Both the position numbers and the translations under genes were made by a program. The notes under the pieces are model-generated. The model saw only the letters and a list, made by a program, of their open reading frames with translations. It was not told where the DNA came from and ran no database searches. From a virus (lineage: Duplodnaviria > Caudoviricetes), in the IMG/VR virus record IMGVR_UViG_3300028833_000066: a stretch of DNA of 64,000 nucleotides, one strand, 5' to 3'. Positions 55,446-64,000 of the stretch are shown piece after piece. Within the stretch, counting starts at the first letter, position 1. Every line of letters begins with the position of its first letter.

Positions 55446-57380
55446 TTAGTCTACTAAGGTTGTTGAATCGCCACACCTTAGTATTAAATAATCTGTTGTA
55501 TTATTTGCGGGAGTATTAACTATATCATACACCCACCCAGTTTTTGCTATTTTAGCAAATTCTAATTTTTTTGTAGTTTCATCTAAATCAATATCTTCAT
55601 ATGGTGTTGCGGCAATACCTGTAGGTACTCGGGCACCTTTTAGTACAGTAAAGCTAACCGCTGATTCATCAATTTGAATATTAATATATTTATCACTATC
55701 AGGTACTTGTTCAACACCATTAAGAAATATCTTTTCAATTTTATTAGCATGTTCAGCATGATCTGGTATTACAATATCTACAACTTTGTCTGCGGTTGGA
55801 GATACTGGAACGCCATTGACGCTAATGCTTTGAATTGTATTAACTTGTGCACCAGCCTATATATCGGCAAGCTTTTGTTGTTCTTGTTCCGTATAGGGAA
55901 TTAATTCAATGTTGACTGACTTTGGTAATGTTTTTACAGTCTTAATTGCAAGTTCTTCCTCATTTAAGAACACATGTTCAATTGTGTTTACTTGAGCATT
56001 TTGCTCAATACCACGAAGTTTTTCTTCCTCTTCTGGCGTTAATGAACTTAAACGAATAGCAAGTGAATTAGCTTTGCCATCAATTACTGATGGAATTGCT
56101 TCTGTACCATTGATATAGATATGCTCAATTAAATTGCGTTGAGCATTTTCTTCTATATCGTCAAGTTTTTGTTTATATTCAGTAGTAAAATCGTTGGTGG
56201 AAAGAGCCTTACCCTCTACTTTATCTACTTTAGTGTCCAGTAAATTATATAGTCCTTCAATTTTATTTAGAGGCAAATTTATTTCTGGACTAAAATCTGC
56301 TTCCGTAATCGCGCCTTTTATAACATAGCTTCCTTCATCGCCCAATAAACGCCATTCTGTACCAGTCCATACGTATTCTTTATGGTCAAAAGTTACAACG
56401 TCACCTGGCTAGGCATTTTTAAAAATATAACCCGGAATTTGTGGGTCAACTGCTTTATTTGAAGCATTAGACATATCTACGCTAGCTTCACCTATATAAT
56501 GCATGGCCCCGGTTAATCCGGCAGTTGCATTATCAATATAGCGTTTAACCGCAGAACTGTAAGCAAGAGTTTGTGTATTTTCAAGTTCGGTAGAAATTTC
56601 TACCGTCTTAACCGCGCCAGTGCCATTACCGACAAGTACTTCACCTTGCGGCAATTCAACTTTTCCAGTACCGCCATGGGCAACGTCCACTAAGCCATTT
56701 AACTAATTAAAATTTAATTGACTTTTTGTGACATTAATTTTACCATTAGACTATGAAACTGCGGTCACTACACTAGCACCATCAGACGAGTCTTGATAGG
56801 ACAACCCACTTAATACAAGTTCAATATGTTCTTGTGTGCGGGAACCTAGTGAAAAATATGTATCAACATCGGCTCCAATCCAATTAACTACTTTCATAAT
56901 TGAAGTTAAATCAATTGGATGAGCGGTATCTGTTACCCAATCTGTATCATTTGCTCCGCGAGACTAAAGATAATATTTATTAGAATTATCACCAGTCCCT
57001 TGTATAATTTGATATGCTCTGGCTTCAACCGCAACATCATCGCCACTCAAGAATTGTTTAATAAAATTCTCCAATCCCTAAATTTCACTAGCGGTATATT
57101 GTGGCTTTGTCTGTTGTTTGGCCCAACTATAAACATCGGCCGCAACGCCCTAGACCCATGGTAGCTCATAGAATCTATGTAAGCCGTCACCAATTTTAAT
57201 ACCAATAGCAGGCGGCGTATCAAATGGGTAGTCATTAGACATATTTTCTAGTGTATGACTTGTAGGAAATGAACAAATCGCCGCCTCACCTTTTAACAAA
57301 ATAAGTGTACTATTCATCCAGCGCGAATAAGTATCGTAGCGTAATAATATGCGTGCTTCAATTTGATGTTCCTCCGCCAT
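55446..57380 (-). CDS. tail protein with Mtd_N-like N-terminus (code 15, 644 aa)
   Basis: Three ORFs in frame; KIGDG, KVDKVEGKALSTNDFT, AQVNTIE repeats. Confidence 0.75.
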
Positions 57381-57396
57381 TTACGCCACCTCCTTA

Positions 57397-58098
57397 TTAA
57401 GCACTGCCGCCATATATAATAAATGTATCTCCTGTAGGAACATATAATTTAGTTGTTGGGACTCCATTAAAAGTCATGAAGCCCTCTGCAGTTACGGCTA
57501 AAAAGCCATCTTGTGATGATGATTTAACGCCACCTAAACGTGCATTGGTTGCTACTGGCAATTCATAAGCACCGCCAGTACCATCACCAGTTGAGCCCAC
57601 CATATCCCAAACACCGTTAATAACCATATACTCTTCATAATGAGTGCCATCTGTTGAGAGCATCATGTATAAGGTATTTTCATCGGCATTTGCGGCATCG
57701 GGTAAAGTACTTACAACTTCACGATGTAAATGTCCCGCTTGCCGTATAGCGTCATCAACATACTTTTTATTAGGTACGTCTACATCTTTAACAGGCGGGT
57801 CAGTTACTTCCAATTTTGTAATTGCCTGACCTGCGGCCGCTTCTAATGTAGCAATAGTATTCATAAATGAATCACTAAATGTTATTTCGCCATCATCAAT
57901 CTATTTAAAATAAGTAGCATCTAATTTATTGAGATAGGGCAAATGCTCCCAATCTCGCACGCCATCACCGACTTTTATCCAAAAAGTATCGGTTTCTAGG
58001 CCATACTCACCGGCCGCCAAAACTGGATTTCGTATTGTCCAATTTGAGGCCGTATCGTGCCTAATTTGTAATGTAACTTTTACACTATTAGTCGCCAT
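57397..58098 (-). CDS. tail protein with Mtd_N-like N-terminus (code 15)
   Basis: QIRHDTASNW..NPVLAAGE.G.ETDT..KVGDG joined across TAG 57901. Confidence 0.8.
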
Positions 58099-58577
58099 TA
58101 AGCCTCACCTCCATCCAATCTTGTTTCGGCTATTAGCATAGCATTAACTGGAATATATTCTTCATCCCAGTAATATAATATTTTAGTTTCTAAATCAAAA
58201 TATAACTTATCAGTAATGCCAGTATCTGGAAACGCTGAATAAGTCGCAAACATAATACTGCGTGGGCCGACATAGCCTTTGAAGAGTTCCTTGAAATCTT
58301 CTTCTGTGCCATCAAAACCGCTTTGTACAGCGATAAGATATAATTGATGATTTAAAATATTTAAGGATGTATTTTCCCAAGGATATATCATTGATAAGGT
58401 TGTAGTGTGTGGGCTATGAGGAATTGACATGTCTACTACGTTATCATATACTGATGAACCCCAAGGATAAACTATGGCTAAGCCGCCAGCGCGTGGATGA
58501 GGGGGCATAATTGCGGTATCATACTCTAATAGTAAGTCACGAGTACGCCACCGTTCATGATTCCAATTCTTCCACAT
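58098..58577 (-). CDS. hypothetical structural protein
   Basis: ORF track; AVQSGFDGTEEDF and FP..G...KLY motifs. Confidence 0.65.
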   Translation of the reverse strand: MWKNWNHERWRTRDLLLEYDTAIMPPHPRAGGLAIVYPWGSSVYDNVVDMSIPHSPHTTTLSMIYPWENTSLNILNHQLYLIAVQSGFDGTEEDFKELFKGYVGPRSIMFATYSAFPDTGITDKLYFDLETKILYYWDEEYIPVNAMLIAETRLDGGEA

Positions 58578-58583
58578 TTGAAA

Positions 58584-59138
58584 TCACTCCCCTTTTAGTT
58601 TCTTTTTATACTTCTTCTCATAATGCTGTTGCTCTTTTATTATCTCCACAGCATCATAATTAATTGTCTCCAACTCAATTTGCTTCTGCTATGCTTGCCG
58701 CAATTCTTTTGAAACATCGTTAATATAATTTTCTAGAAAACTAGCGGCCGCAATTTCGTTTAAAGCAATGAGTTCTTTATACATATTTTGATACAATGTT
58801 TTTGTTTCAGTTTCCCAATCAATCCACTTCTTCATTATATCCCTAACAGCGGTGCGTTTTGTATTTATATCAACTTCTTGTTGCGTATATTTATACCAAG
58901 AAGAAGAAAATACATTAGTTTCTGCCGCTGGTGGAACATTAAGTAATTTATAATAATGTTCCAAATAATATTGGCATAAGTTTAAATATTCTTTCAGTTC
59001 TGAAAGATAATGATATTCTTGACATTTTTTATATCCTTTTAGCGATATAAAATTATATGCTTCCATCATTTTATGATGCATGTCTATGCCCGTTTTCATA
59101 TGTGCCGCAAGCTATATAAAAATACTCTCTATTGTCAT
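58584..59138 (-). CDS. ferritin-like helical protein (code 15)
   Basis: Extended at both ends through TAG; H..M, KWIDWETETK.LY. Confidence 0.6.
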
Positions 59139-59182
59139 AGTAAAAGAAAGTATGCTGGATTTTTTCAAATCCAGCATATTTA

Positions 59183-59593
59183 TTATCTAATTTTAGTTAC
59201 TACAATGTTAATATGAGCGGCAGTAAGAGCTTGCTCGCCATTTAAAACTTGTAGAATAGTTGGGCTAGTATAGCAATTGCAATTGCAATTATTTTCGCTA
59301 ACTTGCACAAGAGTTTTAAATCCGAAGTTGGAAATAGTGCCGGCTGCGGTGGTAAATCCGCTAACTGCTTGCGGCATAGCAGAACCATTTACGTAAAGTT
59401 GAACTAGGTTATCACTTGCGGCCGCACCAGTAGCGTAGCCGTCAACCTCAACAAGATATACGCCACGCTGATTTAGCTGAACAGTTGCGGGCGCGGATAA
59501 GTTTTCTGCGCAACCTTTATCAACGACAGAATTATTAAAAGGAAAAGCAGCATTAGCCGCAACATCTAGATTAGAACTATAAGCCTGTAACAT
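59183..59593 (-). CDS. beta-rich hypothetical protein (BclA-C/TNF-like fold guess)
   Basis: ORF track; member of a cluster type common in gut Firmicute phages. Confidence 0.6.
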   Translation of the reverse strand: MLQAYSSNLDVAANAAFPFNNSVVDKGCAENLSAPATVQLNQRGVYLVEVDGYATGAAASDNLVQLYVNGSAMPQAVSGFTTAAGTISNFGFKTLVQVSENNCNCNCYTSPTILQVLNGEQALTAAHINIVVTKIR

Positions 59594-59606
59594 AGGTCAC
59601 CACTCC

Positions 59607-59930
59607 TTATTCTTTATATAATGCAAGCATACCTTTAACGGCAGCGGCATGTGCGATATATCGTCTATGTAATATATCATACAATGTCTGCATTGCCTCT
59701 GGCGGGTCTCCTTTCTTCTTTCTATAATCTTCTATTATAGAAACCACTTGAGTATGTAATAAATTCATATGTCCCATTTTATCATTGGCTATTTTATAGA
59801 AGGTTTCTGCTAATTGAGGATATTCTTCTTTTTTCTCAATAGCGCATTTCGCATAGCTTTCGGCGCAATCAAGTTCTTCCTCAATCATATCACATAATTT
59901 TTCAATTATCTTCATATTGTAATCCTCCAA
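59607..59930 (-). CDS. ferritin-like four-helix protein
   Basis: IEEEL..A..YA, HM..LH pattern. Confidence 0.6.
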   Translation of the reverse strand: MEDYNMKIIEKLCDMIEEELDCAESYAKCAIEKKEEYPQLAETFYKIANDKMGHMNLLHTQVVSIIEDYRKKKGDPPEAMQTLYDILHRRYIAHAAAVKGMLALYKE

Positions 59931-59990
59931 ATAAAAAAAGAGGGGACGTTAAGTACGTCCCCTCAATATTGGCGTACTCCATACGCTCTA

Positions 59991-60620
59991 TTACATATTG
60001 CAATTTCCACCACAGAAAGGATTGTTGCCAGCATTATAAGTCCAACCATTTGGATAGCGGACTACACCATTAAGCTGATTCTGTAGTTCAAGTTGATTAA
60101 TACGGTTCTGCATAGCTTCCATACGATTGCCTTGAATAACATCAAGTACTTTCTGTACAGCGGCAGTAGTATTCTGATTGATTGCGGCAGTCTACATTGC
60201 AGTGTTGTAATTGACACCATCAATGGCTCTCTGAATGTTGCAGCAGCACTGGTTCTGATTAGCAAGAGCATTAGCTTGCCCAACTGCTAAGGCAGCAATA
60301 TCACGCTGGAGTTCCATATATTTGTCTCCAACGTAATCTACTACGTCGTGATATACTTGGTTTGTTGCGGCTAAGCCACGAGCAGAAGCATCATTTACAG
60401 ACATTAGAATGTCACGTGTCTGAGCTTGGAGGTTCTGGGTATCGAAACCATTTTGAACTTGATCGCGAGTAGCATACTGTTCGTAACCACCACGATTACC
60501 CCAGTTACCAAAACCGCCACCCATTAGAGCTAGAATAGCGAATAGCCATAAGCCTTCGCCCCAATTTCCTTCACGTCCGGTTACGGCCGCCATATCAGCA
60601 GCAGAAAGATTACCATCCAT
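59991..60620 (-). CDS. spore-coat-like phage protein (NQCCC family, code 15)
   Basis: MDGNLSAADMAAV..GLWLFAILALMGGGFG..NQCCC; continues through TAG 60192 to GVVRYP..NPFC. Confidence 0.7.
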
Positions 60621-60684
60621 ATGAATCACGCCCCTGTTTAAATATTTTGATATAAAAAAGAGCACGCTTTCGCGTGCTTAAAAA

Positions 60685-60960
60685 TTATATCCCCAATCCA
60701 TTTAACACGTCTTGCGGGTCTACGTTCGCTTCACGTGCTAATTCGTAAAATAACTGTTGCGCATTTCCGCCATTTTTATTAACGAAATTCATAACAGTCT
60801 TAAGCTCTTGATTTTGCTCAAGCATATTCTGCATTGCGAGCATTGGATTCCTACTATTTTTATACAGTTGTACCATTTGCCTCAACTGGTCCATTTGCGG
60901 ACTCTGTTGTGGCCGCTGGCTAACGTTGCTTCTTGGGTTTAGAAGTGGATTGTTGTACAT
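60685..60960 (-). CDS. Q/N-rich hypothetical protein
   Basis: ORF track; NP..M.N.L, GG.AQQLFY. Confidence 0.7.
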   Translation of the reverse strand: MYNNPLLNPRSNVSQRPQQSPQMDQLRQMVQLYKNSRNPMLAMQNMLEQNQELKTVMNFVNKNGGNAQQLFYELAREANVDPQDVLNGLGI

Positions 60961-61276
60961 ATTGTTCCTCCAATCTCTTTACTCGTTCGGCTAAATCATT
61001 TACATTTACTTGTTCTTGTGCTTTATGCGGTGAAATATCATAAGGTTCTACGGTTAAATAGCCGCCGCTATCTGTACGGGCAAACCAAATCATTGGTGCT
61101 GTTTCATCAACTAAAATTGCTCTACTATTTGGTGCCATACGAAAATTGTTAGCACCGGCTTCACCTTTTACTTGATTAAGTTCATACCTAGGTGCGGGCA
61201 TTTGATAATAGCTCTACTACTACTACATCATCTGCTAAGCCATTAAAGGATTATTCCAATTGTAAGTATTATTCAT
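60920..61276 (-). CDS. Q-rich hypothetical protein (code 15, four tandem TAGs)
   Basis: MNNTYNWNNPLMA(TAG)QMM(TAG)x4SYYQMPAP...VKGEAGA. Confidence 0.75.
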
Positions 61277-61281
61277 TCAAG

Positions 61282-61485
61282 TCACCCCAACTTGCGGCCG
61301 CATGATGGACAATAAGTGCAAAGGCGCATATTATTTGCACGGTCTAAGAAATAAAGTTCAATGTCTTCATTTTTACGCTTATCATGACAAAAGCCGCAAC
61401 CAATTTCAATTTCATTTACTTGCTGTTCTGGTTCAGAAGAATATACTTCTTCATAGTAATAATAATTTCCGTCTTTTCGCCCCAT
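61282..61485 (-). CDS. small Zn-ribbon protein
   Basis: CGFC...YCPSCGRKL; promoter at about 61514-61542. Confidence 0.65.
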   Translation of the reverse strand: MGRKDGNYYYYEEVYSSEPEQQVNEIEIGCGFCHDKRKNEDIELYFLDRANNMRLCTYCPSCGRKLG

Positions 61486-61611
61486 ATTAACCTCTCTTTT
61501 CTTTGATAATTATATTATATCATAAAAGTTTGTAAAAGTCAAATCTTTTTCCATAAAAAAAGTGTGGGCACAAGCAGATATATATACCTGTTTGTGCCCT
61601 GAATTAAAAAA

Positions 61612-61884
61612 TTATTCTGGTTGTTCTTCACTAGATTCTTCTTCTGCGGCTGGTGCAAGAGCGTGCTTATAGCATTGGTTCATAATTGCACGGCCATCTG
61701 CTGTAAGAAGAGTGGCGGCGTGAGATTGAAGTTCGGATACGGCTGCCGCCGCGAGAACTTCGTGATATTTGGATTCTGCCTTTAGGCGGGCTTTCGCCGC
61801 GTCTTCATCGTAAGCAAAGTGTACAATATGGCCATATTCGCCATTTGCGTATTGTTGAATTTCGATAATGTAATATTGATTCAT
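61612..61884 (-). CDS. hypothetical protein
   Basis: ORF track; RBS aaggagga. Confidence 0.7.
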   Translation of the reverse strand: MNQYYIIEIQQYANGEYGHIVHFAYDEDAAKARLKAESKYHEVLAAAAVSELQSHAATLLTADGRAIMNQCYKHALAPAAEEESSEEQPE

Positions 61885-61899
61885 AGTTAATTCCTCCTT

Positions 61900-64000
61900 T
61901 TAATGTTTCCAGTAAGCAATTTCAATATTATCTCCACCATTAGATGCCCAGATGTTGTTCGTGCCGATGAGGGTGCGGAGGGCGGTCGGGGTGAGGGTGG
62001 TGACGAGGGTGGGAGTGGCAAGTGGATAAGCGGCGATTACTCCGCTCATTACAGTCTTAAACTCCGCAACAGTAGCATCGGCATAATCTGTGTCATAAAT
62101 TGCGAAAGAACGCGCCCGAAGCTGGTAGGCATCGCCTATTGATTTATCTGGTTGTTCAGTAACATTGTCGTGCGTAGAAGCGTATTTATTGCACAACACA
62201 CCGAGTTTGCTTGTTGCTGGAAACTCGGCCATCACCGCCGAATAGAATACGCCAGCGCGGTTGCTGTACTTACTCCAGTTTACAGTCCCAAGGTCTTTCA
62301 GCCCCCACGTCTCCCACACTTCCCCCGTTACCAAATCCACATACCCGCCATAAATTGTTCCGGCTTCATTTGCCCAATTAGTATAAATAATAGAACCAGT
62401 AGTAATGTCTGGTCCTGCATCAAAAGTTCCTTCACCGCTATGAGTTAGGAAAGTTTTGTTTACTAAGTCATATAGACCAACTTCATTATCAGACCTGCGG
62501 TAGCAAGGAATATAATCGCGAACTGTTTTACTATTTTCATATAAAGTAAATCTATATAATTTAGGCCATGGATCGGCAATATGATTATCACGTATTTCAC
62601 CATTAACCTCTCGTGCGAGAATAATTAATGGTTTTTCTGATATAAATGAACTATATGATGGAATAGAATAAGTACTTGTTCTAACTCCTGGAGATACAAT
62701 TGTCCAACTATTGCCATTTGTAAACATTTCTATTAATTGACGGTTAGTACCATATCCAGCAGTACTAAAGCGAGATGTTCCTTTGCAGTTTACCCAAACA
62801 TAATAAGCATTTTTATATAGTTCAAATTGTGATCCCGCACTAAAAGCGGTTGGATAAAACTCATCAGTAATAGAATTACCTTGATGAATTTTAATATAAT
62901 AATCAGTTTTATCATTGGGATAATAATCAGTAATAAAATAAGAATATATACTTGTGCTTTGAATATATTCCACTTCTTGATATTCAACTGGCAATGGTGC
63001 TCTATTAATACTAGTAATAACATTATTCCATCCACTAATCGGGCATATATTATCTGGTGAAGGCGCTCCATTTGAAGTATCCTGCACTGGACTAAAATGT
63101 ACTTTGCATTCCTTCAACGGTGCCGCCATGTCAGTCACAAAGTTCTGTAAAGGCGCGGCCGCTGGTTTAACGATGTGAGGCTGGTTAGCAATAATAAATT
63201 GTTTACGTGCGAGTATGTTTTGAGTTTCGTGTAAATCATACTCAACTTCAACGTAATCGGCATTGGACCAGACGTTGTTTTGGGAGAGGAAGGTTTTTAG
63301 TTCGGTGGAGTGGGGAGGGAGGTTATGAACAATTGGACTGGCAAGTTTTATTAATACCTTAAAATTATTATTTTTAAGATAAGTTTTTATGTTTTCAATG
63401 GACGTATCATTATTCAATATGCTGTCACTTAAACATCCATAAATTGTATTACGTCCCCAACCCTTATATACTGATAGCCAATTAATTGCTTTTACACTGT
63501 TAGATGAATTAGTTGTCCCAACAGTAGGTAAAATATTACATTTGGCTATTGTATTTATATCATCTGAAAAATCATTAGCACTACCAATTGGCCAAGAAGC
63601 AGAGAACCTCTTGCCAGATTCTTCATTGTATGAATCGGGGTTGCCGCCAATAAAATTAATATCATCTACTGTCCAAATTAATTGCTCTTCCTAAACTTCC
63701 CCACTTACTAAATCCACCCATCCCCCATACACCGTTTTATTCGGGTCATAGGGCTCGTAGGCGGTTGCAGTGGAGCCGAGTTCGAGTTGCGTTGTATCAA
63801 GAGCATCATCATATAAAGTTAAACGAATATATCTTGCGTTTTCTGGTATTGTAATAGTAGTTGAACCGCCAGGAAAAACACCAAGATATTCTTTATTTAT
63901 ATCATAATAAGCATGTCTTTTATTGCCAGAAATATCACCGGTTGTAGTTATAGTGTAAGTTTGATTTGGGATTACTTCGATATAATCACTTATGCTCATG
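61900..64000 (-). CDS. modular tail/receptor-binding protein (code 15, partial)
   Basis: ORFs 61900-63417 and 63691-63999 share a frame; QLELGSTATAYEPY, YGG.VDLV.GEV x2, YQEVEYIQS, PCYR.SD..VGLYDLV. Confidence 0.75.

Noticed and set aside
36085-61276. Apparent mass pseudogenisation of tail genes
   Set aside because: The breaks examined are in-frame TAGs without frameshifts, which code 15 explains
1378-62448. Plus-strand ORFs in the track (e.g. 3408-3923, 17982-18890, 22962-23384)
   Set aside because: They are antisense shadows of minus-strand genes or RNA genes, with no RBS or recognisable motifs

Overview
A 64-kb segment of a large, AT-rich tailed phage genome, probably infecting a gut or rumen Firmicute (Clostridia-like). 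Essentially every real gene is on the minus strand. The phage uses genetic code 15 (TAG=Gln). Many supplied ORFs are fragments broken at TAG that rejoin in frame into full proteins: PIN-PhoH, a GT8-GT2 fusion, a CBM protein and tail fibres of up to about 2,090 aa. One gene has four tandem TAG codons in a poly-Q tract. Layout: putative replication origin with iterons (1.4-2.0 kb); nucleobase salvage module (two NCS2 permeases plus a nucleoside 2-deoxyribosyltransferase); PhoH, ClpP, DNA ligase, dNMP kinase, RNase H and holin; an RNA-repair set (RNA ligase, kinase, metallophosphoesterase, cyclic-phosphate receiver domain); a 15-kb RNA-gene island (21-35.6 kb) with 24 tRNAs and many structured ncRNAs; and tail/structural genes (36-64 kb). 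The most unusual observations are in the RNA island. (1) tRNA-Thr(UGU) is split in its anticodon by a complete CCA-ending tRNA-like RNA, a tRNA inside a tRNA. (2) The amber suppressor tRNA(CUA) that would enable code 15 is split by a group I intron, and a paralogous intron splits tRNA-Leu(UAA). (3) A family of tRNA-like RNAs has the anticodon arm replaced by larger domains. (4) There is a ~140-nt minimal RNase P-like RNA. (5) ROOL-like and GOLLD-sized large ncRNAs are present. All calls were made by eye and no searches were run. For the longest rejoined ORFs, the frames of the supplied fragments were checked but not every intervening codon.
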